64,000 nucleotides of DNA from Vicugna vicugna. Taxonomy: Eukaryota. This document shows, piece after piece, positions 38,596 to 50,160 of this stretch (within the stretch, counting starts at the first letter, position 1; the number at the start of each line of letters is the position of its first letter). The position numbers and the translations under genes were made by a program. The notes beneath the pieces were generated by a model. The model worked only from the letters and a program-made list of their open reading frames with translations. It had not been told where the DNA came from and did not search any database. The DNA is taken from assembly GCA_013265495.1 (NCBI GenBank), contig MU058636.1, positions 6,049,741 through 6,113,740 on the forward strand, written 5' to 3'.

Positions 38596-39284
38596 TGTAC
38601 CTGGGGATATTCTGGGATAGATCCCTCATATTGGTGGGAGTGGGGTGGGAGGGGTCAGCATCTCATTCCCACACCCGCTCCCTCTGCATCTTCTTCACTT
38701 TACCCTACAGGAGCTCCTCCCAGCTCTGGGAGACATCATGGCCCTTCCTGCTGGGTGGATGTGCCCCTTCATTTGAAAAATCATGAACAGCTGGCCCTGC
38801 TGCACGAGTGGCAGAAGGCTGAGTATTAATAACAGAATTTAGTGAAGTAATCACATTAAACCACAACAAAACGGATCTGCCATGTATTAATGATACGCAG
38901 AAACATCACTGCCCTGCTCTGGCGACTGGGGGTGCATAGGACTGGTTAGAAATGGCTGCTGGCTACTGACACTGTTTCTTTTACTTTCACAAAACCTAGC
39001 CAATATTTCACAGAGGTTTATTTTTATCTTAATCTCAGTTAGTTTTCTAGCCTTTGCAGACATCAGTGCTTCTATCTTCCCCTTAATTCACTGCACGTTT
39101 TCCTGTTCATGATAGGCACTCACGGAGTGCACTCTTCTGGTGCTGACGCCTCACCTTGTGTGTGTTTCTTCTCCACACGTAAGCACAAAACGAAGGGCCT
39201 TCGGTGCAGAGCAGCGGCCCCCACAGCAGTGGTGACGTCAGAGCTTCTGCAGGGTTTAGAGAAAGCCCCATTCAGGGCTACTGC

Positions 39285-39450
39285 TGTCACAGGCATTAGC
39301 TCAGCTAATCTTCACAACAGCCCTGCAAAGCAGGTACTGTTAGCATTTCTGTTTGAAACTGAGTCTCTGAGAGGTTAAGTAATATACCCCAAGTCACACA
39401 GCCTGTAAGTGGTAGAGGTGGGATAACAACCCACATTTGTCTGACCCCAG
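39285..39450 (-). mobile_element. MIR
   Basis: aatcttcacaacagccctg...gaaactgagtctctgagaggttaagtaatataccccaagtcacacagc. Confidence 0.85.
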
Positions 39451-40459
39451 TAAAATACGTCCTTAATTTCTCTAGGAAACATGGCATCAATGCAGGTGAA
39501 AGGTACAAAGTTAGAAGAAAGATAACTTTCAGATAAAATAAAACAGCTCTTTTCCTTTTATTGTCTCTTCCCAATATTGTCCCCAAGTCTTACTCTCCCA
39601 GGTGGCCCCGCAGATACAGTACCACTTGGCACCTGAAATCAGACATCTTTCTTCATATGCAGTTATTTCCTCCAACGGAGTAGAGATTGCGTAATAATAT
39701 ACTTCCGGGTGGAAGGCAATTATTCATGAACTATATGGGATTCCACCCCCTCTGTGGCACACACAACTGTATTTCTAACTTTTTCTTTCCTTGTCCTTTT
39801 CAGAAGCATTCTGCCAGGGAGGTGGAGTGGGGGGGGGGAGCTGTCAGCAGACCCACGCTGTTCAGCTATTCTAGGAATCCATTATTGAAGTCAGACTCTT
39901 TCCCCTCTCCTATTCAGAGACTTGCCTGCTAATTCTAAAGAGGAAAAGGTGCAGGGCTATGAATCCCTTCAATTACTTGTTTCTGGGTGAACCTGGTTCA
40001 GGGAATGCTAATGGTGCCTTCTCTAAATACCTTGTACAGGAGATAGCATGAACAAAAGTCTGCATTGTGGTCCTCAGGGGCTCCAGTCATGCTGGCCAAA
40101 ATGTGGATTCAAAGGACACCCTCCCCCAACACCTGCAAAGCTGTCCCCTAGTGCCTGGATTTCGGCTCCGTTGCCCATAAAGATTTTTTTCCCAAGCTGA
40201 AAGGATTTTCTTTATTGATATGTCTTTCTCTCACCTCTCTTTTTCTAATTGTTTCTGTAACATTCTAACATGTGCATGTGATGAAAATCTTGTTCTCTTG
40301 GCTTGCAGTTGTTTTTCTTTTCTAGCCCATCAGTAAAATGAGATCTAAAAGCAAAATTATATTTGTTAAGGTCAGCGAGGCAGTTTTCCTAGAAATACAC
40401 TTTTTCCCATTTCAACTTTAAATTGCTGGATATATTTTGAGCTAGTTCAATTTTATTTT

Positions 40460-40650
40460 CTTTAATTTTTAATTTTATTGAAGTATAGTTGGTTTACAAT
40501 ATTGTGTTAGTTTCTCGTGTGCAGCATAGTGATTCTGTTTTATATATATATTCTTTTTCATATTCTTTTTCATTATAGATTATTACAAGATACTGAATTT
40601 AGTTCCCTGTGCTGTATGGTAGAACTCTGTTGTTTGTATATTTTATTTAA
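40460..40650 (-). mobile_element. L1 extreme 3' end (artiodactyl type)
   Basis: ttttattgaagtatagttggtttacaatattgtgttagtttc...cagcatagtgattc...ttacaagatactgaatttagttccctgtgct. Confidence 0.88.
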
Positions 40651-41829
40651 TCTTTAAACCTTAAACTTGTAGAATTTGGTGTGGAGGGTCATCTCAGGAT
40701 GGAACTATAAATCATGTTGCTTGGGGAGGAGAGAGGAAAGTCAGTAATCTTTATCTTCTCCTTTTCGTTCCCCCCTCCTGCATTTTTATCTCTGTCTTAT
40801 TTCCTTTCCATATTTATTCCCCTCCCCTTTCTACTTGATCACATTCTGCAGGAACATTATTAATAAAAACATTTTAAAGAGAAAAAAATGGCATACAGCA
40901 ACAAATCTGTCAAAAGTGGCTATTAAATGATGCTTCTTCACATATAATTTCACAGTACCATAATTGTAAGACTGCATGAATCAAAAGTAGTCTATTGTCA
41001 TGATAAATTTCAAAAAGATTAAATCAGCCACTTAAATGATTAAATCATAAAACTTTAAAAGTTTGAGCCACCACTTAGATAACCTGTAGAAAAGCTGGGT
41101 AAAATATGGATGTACAAGTGAAGTTAAGACAAGGGAGTGGTTACGTTTCATCAAACATTCCTGTGTTTCAAAATCTTCTGTCTAATGAAGAACTGAGTCT
41201 CCTGGAGATAGTGTTCCAGTGTATTTTCCTCAGAAGAACATTCTTTTCTGTTTCATGTGGTTAATAAGCTGTTACTTCCTGGCCAGAGAAAAGGAGAAAA
41301 GGTTCCTGAGAGTTGGCTGTCCCTCAGGTAGTCAGTGTCTTTACTCTGCAGATTGTCTGCTTAGAATGTGGAAACGGAGTCTGCCCATCAGGGACTGTCA
41401 CCCATTTCTTTTACAGGCTTTGCCTGTAGAATGAGTCCCAGTCCTGGTTCTGCACCCCTGTCTAGTCTGTTTCACGTAACATCTTCCACCAGCAGAGCCA
41501 GCCACCAACAGGGGTTCTTCAGTAGTCATACGACACCTAGAAGGAGCCCGAGGGAACTGGTGCTAATTTAGACACGGGCAGAATTGTTTGGCAGCCACCC
41601 TCACCTTTAGGGGCCCTTCTTCTCCCCATTTTACAAACCCAGGGTGTCCTCCTCTCGGCTTTATCTTCTCTGGTTTGAACTTTTCTAGGTAATAGCCACC
41701 TCCTATCAATCCAAAGTCATCAGGCCTATGGACCGTGCCTCCAGGGCCTTAGTGGGAATCTATGAAGTCGACTGAGTCTGTGAGTTAACAATAATCAGTG
41801 CCTTACCCCTTGTAAATACAATTTTATTT

Positions 41830-42280
41830 TAATTCGATTCATTTCAACAAATATTTATTGGCACATAGTGTGCCAATAAACACAGACCCTGTGTTAAATT
41901 TGAGCGTACAGCAATAACCAGGAAGATGTGGCCCCTGAGCTCACAGATCTGAAGAAAAGAGTGAACAGGAAACAAGAAATACAGGCAGTGTGACCAGAGC
42001 TCTGTCAACAGGGACCTTGGCCTGAGTATATGACTAGTGGACCCAGACCTGTGGAGTCAAGAGGGCTTCTCAGAGACAATGTCTTCTGAGACGGGTCTTC
42101 TGAGACCTGAAGAGTGAGCAGTTAGTTCAGCACAGGAGGGGGCCAGAGGGGAGAGCAGTTCTGACTGAATAAAAGGGAGCACGACTCATGGAAGGAGAAG
42201 AAATCTGACGTTGCTGCAGAGCAGAATGGGGAAGGCAGAGTGGTAAGAGCAGAGGCAAATGGGGACCTTTCTCATCACCT
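41830..42280 (-). mobile_element. L2 3' end
   Basis: ttcatttcaacaaatatttattg...tctgagacctgaagagtgagcagttagttcag. Confidence 0.75.
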
Positions 42281-42319
42281 GCATTAGCCAAAGGAATGCT
42301 TAATGGTGGATGTAAGACC

Positions 42320-42850
42320 TAGTTGTGGCCAGTGGGAGACAAATTGTGGGAGAGATGAATCTCCTGTGGTCCCCCCATTCCCCAATGTGTAACTGACCCT
42401 TTGTTCTAACCTACATGATGGGCAGGCTCAGCATAGACTCTTTGAGGGCTGTTTAGTTATCACCTTCACGCATCTCAGCCCGGATGCAGGTGGGTCCCAA
42501 CACATCCCATTCACATGTGAACAGCCAGAGAAGGCTTCCCAGGTCATGGGTAAACTTCCTGGCCATGGGCAACCCTGCATTTCCCTTTGGCACTACAGAT
42601 GCCAATATAATCTATCCATCCTATAACTCCCTATAGATAAGCTGTCTCACTCACAGGCATAGCTGGCTTCACCCCAATGTTCTGAGCTAAGCAACCCTGC
42701 CCATAGTTCGCAGCTGAATTTTTCAGAGCTGTGTAGCTGACTCAAAAAATTGGCTGGGACAGTCAGATCCTTGCTTTCTGTAATCGGAACTGGGAAATGG
42801 AGAGGCTGGATGAATGGAATTAAAGATGAAAAACCATGCTTTTGTTTTAG
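42320..42850. mobile_element. Old ERVL/MaLR LTR sequence, family uncertain
   Basis: LTR-like motifs aactgaccctttgttcta, ggtaaacttcctggcc, tggctgggacagtcagatccttgctttct. Confidence 0.4.
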
Positions 42851-44309
42851 TCCAGATCAGAGTAAGACCAATCCACGTACAGGTCAAAGTTCAGTGACAG
42901 TTGTTGCCAGGATCAAAATAATTAATGTATGTGAAATACTGAGACTAGTGTCTGGCACACAGCACATGCTCAATAAGGAGTATCTATTACTGGTTTTGTA
43001 TCTTGATGCCGGCAACAGGGTCAGAAATGGCCTTTTGGTGGAAAGAGGCACATGGAACAAGCAGATGCATAGAGAGAAACTGAAATGCCAGCAGGGAGAG
43101 GCCAGACCCAGGCCTGATGCTAATTTAGTTTCAATTTCAAATCACATGCATCTTTTATATAGACATCCTGAACCTTAGGGTAACTTGGGAGACTCTGCCC
43201 TTTACAGCTAAATAAACCTACTAAGAAACTCCCTAGTTAAGAGAATGAATTGGGTAAAATGAGTGACTGTTCCTAAAGTGATTTGTAATATTCAAGCACA
43301 TAATGTCGTGTCAAAATAATGAGCTAGTCTTAAGTCCTAAAGCTCTGGTGCATTTTTTTTTCACCCAAGTATATGTTACTCTATCAATTAATCTAATAAC
43401 TTTAGCATCTTCCTCACTGCACAGATGAGCTGATACAATTTGGCCTGTGAATTTCCACAGATTCTGCCTTGGTGAAAGGCTGGAATAATGAAATAATTGA
43501 GGTTTCCCCAGAGGCTTATTCTGTATGAGCCCCTTTAGCAGCCCAGGTCCAGGAGAATTATGCTCTCGAGCAATCAGTCTTTTGTTATCCAAGTTCTGTC
43601 TCCCTTCAAATCCCCACGCTGTAGTTAAAACTTTACGTTATTTCATGAGGCTGTTTCTGTTTTCCGGTGCCTGGTGATTAGCGCCTTGAATGGACTTAAC
43701 CTGTTAAAGAGATCAGGGTGGGGCTGTCATTCTGGTTCTTAGAAAGAGGCTTCTTCAGTGGTGCCAAGACTGGTGCAGCCGTGGCACTTTCTTTGCGGAG
43801 GTTTTCGTGAGGAACTTTTCAAACATGCACACAGGAAGAGAGGCTCGAGCAGTGGCCGCCCAGTTGCCCACCGTATGTCTCAACCTCTAATAGCGTTTTG
43901 CCAGCATTGCTTGGTCTGTCCCCTCAACTTGTTGATTTCCTTGTTTGCTTTTGCCTGAGTATTACAAGCAGATCCCAGACCTTGCGTTCCACTCACAGGT
44001 GCTCTACTATGCACAAAAAGGCACCAAATTACTTTTTAAAAAACAGAGAGGAAACTTTGAAAAATATTGGCCTCCGCCACTGCATTCCAAGTATCCAGGT
44101 TTCACCCCTCCTTCCAGGCCTGCTGCAAGCTTGCCAGGCTCCCTCTGAACGGGATGCGTCACCCGACCTAAACATTTGAAAATTCACTTTTTGCTGTCTT
44201 GCAGCACATCCTGAATTGACTTGATATAACATAAAGTTTTGTCTTCTTTTTAATGTCTCAAGAATTTATGTTGTTTCCCAAACTAGAACCAAGAAGCAAT
44301 GTGCGATGA

Positions 44310-44720
44310 AAGAAAACACTCAGACTTAGACTCAAGAAGTCCCAGGTTCTGACTGAGACCTTGTCATTTTACTCAAGTCTTTTGAGCCTCAGTTTATGCA
44401 GCTGCAAAACAGAGATGAAACCAGCCCTGTTACATGGCAAGAGACCCACATTTAAGCTTGTACCTATTTGAATAGCTGAATTTTAAAATCTGGGGTCATA
44501 TTTAAAATATGAAATCTATCCATGCTGCATGAATATATTTTAGCAAGATCAGAAGCACTGACTGTGACTTTTTAATCCAATAAAATAGCATAAATCACAC
44601 ATACATACACGTGCACACACACACACAGATTCCTGTGAAGATTAAATGATCAGATGAGATAATAAATGTGAAATGCCTGGTTCAATGCAGGCTGCAATAA
44701 ATAGTCCCCATTATTATTAA
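44310..44720 (+). mobile_element. MIR, in two pieces
   Basis: cccaggttctgact...tttgagcctcagttt (44310-44430) and tgtgaagattaaatga...aatgtgaaatgcctgg (44630-44720). Confidence 0.6.
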
Positions 44721-47700
44721 CTTGTGCCCTTCTGCCTGGTAGAAGAGCCTGTGTCTTACAAAAACCATTTATTTCTCCACCTGGTTTAGTCCTGTGAGTC
44801 ACACACAATTGGGATAAGCTTGATTAGTATGTGGTCCTTTGAATTGTTGACATACCAGGTAGAATAAGAAAAATTAAAGAAAATAGGACTTATTATATGC
44901 AGTATTTTTCATGGTATCTGGAGAAAAGTTTTGATATGATTTGGAATCACAGATAAAAGGATGAGACAGGGTGTGTGCCGAGAGTCAGATATGAATTATA
45001 TTCCAGCCACACACAAATGGGGATTGCGAAGCTTGCCTCAGGCCATAGACAAGAACCTCAGAGCTGTAACTCAGCACAGGGTTATAACAATCTGATTTAT
45101 CTTTTTCTAATCTCTTCCGCAAGGTATGAAATAATCTACCGGGCCATTTAGCAGGAAACAGACAAACTACCCTAGGTCCTTATGTCTGTTGATCCTCCTT
45201 CAAACCTGTAAGCAGTTTCCAAAGTTCCATCTCATTGGATTCATCCAGTTTCAGCATGAGCATCTTAGAAAGACTTGTGAACCAGACCAAGAATTCAAAT
45301 GATCGCTCAGGTCAATGTGCTTTGCATGCACTTGAGCTGTGTAGGGAATGTGTGGCCACAGCCCCAGAGAGCCATGCTAGGTTACTGGAGTTTGCTCTGT
45401 TCCTAACACAAGTCTGCACCCAAGGAAACTATAAGCAAGTTTAATTGTCAGCAGTAAATCATGGGTGCTCTGACCCGCCATGCACGTTATCCTCTCCCAG
45501 GAACCGAGAACTCTGCGCTGTTTCTCCAAGTACTGCTGGGAGGGGCCACTAGGATTTCCCTGGGGGATGGAAGGCTGGAGTCGCTAGGCTGGTGATAAAT
45601 TGCTATTTCTTTTTATTAGCAGGTATTAGTTGAGTTGGCAAAACCTCTCTCCCTCCCTCTGCCCCCTTGCTTGTCAATATTTATTGATTCGCCATAGTGT
45701 TCACAACTGCATGTAACTTCCCATTTTTTCTTCTCCTCTGCCTCTCCCTGTTAACAGGGTCATCCTCCAACTCTGGGTTGAAAAATGGAAAGTCAGGACC
45801 CAGGATTCCTTTTCCCTCTCAAACAAGGACATTTAACTAGTAAATTAATCATAATTAAACTAATTAAAAACAATGTGATTGCATTGTTTTTAATGTGTTG
45901 AGAGCCACAGCACATTTGTCCGTTGTAGACAAAATACTTAGAGAACAGAGAAGAGAGGGGTTTGTCAGAAAATGATCCTCAGCCTGAAGCTCATTAAGGC
46001 TCTTAACTTGAAAATTGGGGAAGGTACATGGATGACAGCCCCTCCTTGGAGTGCTTCTTCCCAGAAGCAGGTTTGCTTGATCACCACAGGGCCCGGCATT
46101 ACTTTGGGGCTCCAGGGAGCATTCGCCAAGAGGTGAGATGAATGAACGTCTCACACAGACAGAGGTGGGAGGAGGTGGGGATGAATCAGGCGCCGGGAAT
46201 GGGCTCTTTCCTGCTGTGACTCACCCACCGTGCCGCTCTGCTCCCCTGCCGCCCTGACTCACTGCAGCCACGATGGTTTCTAAGGAGGACACTGAGGGCC
46301 GGACAGCAGCACCCTGTGTGGACACTGTGCTCCTGTGGTCGTCGATCCCATTGTCCAGTGACCCCCACGTCTGGATGTGATGTCTGGGGGCTTCCTGTGA
46401 AAGCCTTCATGTCTGTAAATGGCATCAGAGAGAGAAAACACAGGAAAAGAACTCTTTCTAAGGTTGTTCACAGACTCACACACCTGCTAGCAATGAAATC
46501 CTTTGTCTGTCCATAATAAGCAATTGATTCACTTTCTGCCCCACAGAACTGTACTGAACACCACACACATTTGGAATGACTGGGCTGGGGACGTGGGGGA
46601 AGGAGGTAGGAATGAAAAATAGGAAAAATGAAGGATATTCCTAAAGGACGTGTGGGTCTATGACGTACAATTAGATAGTAACGGCTCACGTGCTTAGTGC
46701 TCACTACGTGACAGTTACTGAAAATAACAAGACCAATAAAACCAGCCCCTCCTCTCGCAGAACGAGTGGGTCTGGCGAAGGTGGAAGGGGCGACCTTCAC
46801 AGAGGGCAGCCAGGATGGTGGGAGGGCAGATCGACCCAAAGTGAAACCCGCTGGCTGCATCACACAGATCACACCTAAGGGAGACTTTCCACTGCACCAG
46901 CCAGCTCAGAATCTAAATTCGCCTCATAAACCAGTGTAGAGGTCCTCATCCAAATTGATTCATTGAGTGAGCAAACTTTAAAATAATTATAATATTATTT
47001 TCCAGTAAAGAGATGCTGCCACAATACTTCAGAAGTTTCTTCCTTTAGAGAGTGAGTTATTTCCCTTGAATATCTATTTGTACATATTAATAACTTCAGA
47101 ATACTTTATCATAGGCAATAGAAAGGGTAGCGTCAACCTAGCCACTGTCAAAATTATCATAAATTCTGAACCAGTGGATTTTAAATTTTAATGCGCTTTT
47201 ATTAGGTATTTTGTTCCCTTAATTCTTTTATGCCACTGACACTTTTCATCAAAAGGGCATGGACACAATGCATTATTTTTAAAGGGTAGGAAAATTCTGA
47301 GGAACTAATTTTCCATTTAACCTTAAGTTCAGTAGACTTAGGTCTTTGCAAAGGAAGTATTTAATTCTACCATCAAAATCAACCTTTCATGGATTCAAAA
47401 TTTTTAAGAAAATCTAAAGTAACCTGATCACCTTAAAATGTATTTTTGAGAAAATAATTTTTTTTCCTGGGGCTACTTTTAAAATATGACTTGATATTAT
47501 ATTTGTATGAATGAGAATCTGAGGTACAAATTTCTTATATTCATTTCTTTGCCTCTTCCTCAGAAATCACCTACCCCTTATCGAACAAGCTTATTATGTG
47601 TACAAAGGATGTTCTTACACCTTCTATAGGCCTGGAAGGCAGCAGAAATGGAACTTTGAATTGGATCATTACTCCCTCCCTCTCTTAGTTTATTCTGAGC

Positions 47701-48665
47701 TCCCTTCCACACATTAATAAGCATTTCTGAACCCCAGAGTTGGCCATGTATTTAGTCTTCTACGTTTACTGAAGATTTCCTTGGAAGATACGGGAAAAAG
47801 ATAGCATCACAAGGTCCTATCAAAGAGTCAAGACAGAGGGGATCCTCTATAAATGAAAAGGAGAGAAGAGAGGAGTGAAGAGAGGTCAATTCCCAGTCCT
47901 CATCTTTTACAGGTGTCACCAAGTTAGGAGTTGAGAGATCATACATTTACAAGACTCAAAGGGGATGTTTATTCTTGGGGATACAACAGGGTGGGGAAGA
48001 ACCAGGCAGAGGAGAATCCAGAACATTTCTTCAGCACACTTATACTTTAAAATGACATTTCATTGAGCAGTGTTTGGTGCTAGATGTGGTTTTACTGAGA
48101 AATAAAATGGGGCAATGGTGGGACCAGGAGAAAGGAATAAAATTATTGGAGTCTCTCAGAGCTAGACGTAGGCTTTGGGGGCCAGGGATAGAGAGAAGGA
48201 GGACATACTTGATGTTCATTTTGGCATTCTTCTGCCCAGCTCAGAAAAGGGAAAGCTCAAATCTAGAGCAAAAGACATTCATTTTATTTCCATTAGAAAT
48301 ATAAGGAGAGAGAATGGATGACTCAAGAGAGTTCACTGGAAGATCAGGAAGGTGGGGTCTTTATCGTGCTATGCTCCTGGAGCTTTGCTGGCCAGATGTT
48401 CTCTGCCTCCAAGGAGCTCACGGTATATAACTGGATCAAGAGCGACGTAAACAGCAAAAAGAACACGGTGTGCTATGGGACAGAAACAGAAGAAGTGTCC
48501 TTTTGGGGAAAATTGGGAAAGATTTCATGAAAGATTGATAGATTTTGGAGTATGGTTTTGAACCAGGTGTTAGAGTATGGATAGTTTTACCATTGAGAGA
48601 ATGTGAGATGGATGGAGAGTCATCAGGCTCTTTGGTAAAAGGACAGAGTTGTGAAAACATACATA

Positions 48666-49144
48666 CAGATCTTCCTCGACTTACACTGGGGTTATGTCCT
48701 GATTAACCCATTGTAAATTGAAAATATCCTAAGTCAAATATGCATTTAATACCCCTAACCTACCAGACAGCGTAGTGTAGCTTAGCCCAGCCTACCTTCA
48801 ACGTGCCCAGAACACTTACCTTAGCCCATAGTTGGACAATATCAGCTAACCCAAAGCCTATTTTATAATAAAGTGTTGAATATCTTATGTAATTATTGAA
48901 TACTGTACTGAAAGTGAAAAACAGATTGGTTGCATGGGTCCAGATTGGTTGTAACTGTTGACCCTCGTGATTTCATGGTTGACTGGGAGCTATGGCTGCC
49001 TCTGCCCAGCCGAGCAAGAGAGTGTTGGACTGCGTTTCACTAGCATGAGAGAAAAATCCAAATTCAAAGTTTGAAGTATGGTTTCTAGCACCATCATAAG
49101 GTTAAAAAATTCTAAGTCAAACTATCCTAAGTTGGGACCGTCCA
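48666..49144 (+). mobile_element. MER47/Tigger5-family (Tigger5b-like) DNA transposon inserted in a reverse L2 (about 48330-49400)
   Basis: TA|cagatcttcctcgacttac...cctaccttcaacgtgcccagaacacttac...aaagcctattttataataaagtgttgaata...cctaagttgggaccgtc; degenerate TIRs. Confidence 0.88.
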
Positions 49145-49446
49145 GAGTTTCCAGGAAACAGTGAATAGTTACTGCAATTAAAAACACAAGTTATGATGGG
49201 AAGTTACAGCAAGGTGGTGAGAGAAGAGGCTAAAAATATAGAGGCCAGGTTGTGAGGTGTCCTGAGGGAGACTGGCAAAAGGCAATAGAGAACCATTAAT
49301 TTCTTTTCTTAAATATATATTTTTACTTTTTTGAGGTGGAGTGAGGGGAGGATAAGCCATGAAGGTCTAGAATCAATACCTATTTTCAGACAGGAGTGTG
49401 GGAGATGATGTGTGGGAGAACTCTGGATCCCTGAACTCCAGCTCCC

Positions 49447-49830
49447 TGTTGCAGGTTGGTCCCAGGAAGCAGCTTCAGAGATGGAGATTTGCAGGCAGGA
49501 GGTTTGGGGTCTTGTCCTCAGGATCCATGCCCTTAGTCGGTGAAGGCAGCAGTTTGAGGCAAAGGGAGAAGTGCTGCTGCCATTACCACAAAGGCCTCAG
49601 TTTATCCCAGAGGGAACCCCAGAGCTGGGATGGCTGTTGGGAGTTGTACGGAATTGGGCCAATGGGATCAGGCCTTATCCTCGTATCAGTCAGCCATTGG
49701 ATAAAGAAGGGGGTGTGGCCTTGTTCAGCTGGAACCAATCATCAGGAGGCAGAGCTCAGCTGCACGCTATCAGTTGTCCACACCCGCTGCAATTGGGGCA
49801 TGAGTGTTTCAGTTCAACTCCATCCCCAGT
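49447..49830 (-). mobile_element. LTR16-family ERVL LTR
   Basis: tgcaggttggtcccaggaagcagcttcagagatggagatttgcaggcaggaggttt...tcagtcagccattggat. Confidence 0.8.
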
Positions 49831-49899
49831 CTTTCCAATCTCTAGAATGTGGCCCCACCGATTACCTCATTAATCATGCCAAAGCCTAGGGATTTCCAT

Positions 49900-50160
49900 G
49901 GCTTCTTTCTTTTATTTTTACATTGCATCCACTCCATCGGTAAATTCTGTCAGTTCTTCCTTTAAGGTGGTCATCTACTTACAGACAGAGTGCATTAATC
50001 TTAGTCCACACGCCCTCATCTTCCACTGGGACTCTTACAATAGACTCCTGAATGGTCTGCCTGCTTCCTTTCTTGCTTATAACCTGTTCTCTCTATTCCA
50101 TTATATCGAGGCCTGGAACATAGTGAATACTCAGTATGTATTAAATGAATGAATAAATAA
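49900..50160 (+). mobile_element. L2 3' end
   Basis: acaatagactcctgaatggtctgcctgcttcc...gcctggaacatagtgaatactcagtatgtattaaatgaatgaat. Confidence 0.75.

Noticed and set aside
38059..38829. Longest ORF (256 aa)
   Set aside because: Non-ATG start, runs through an LTR33-like element, no recognisable domain
49398..49889. 163-aa ORF
   Set aside because: GTG start and lies almost entirely in a reverse LTR16-like element
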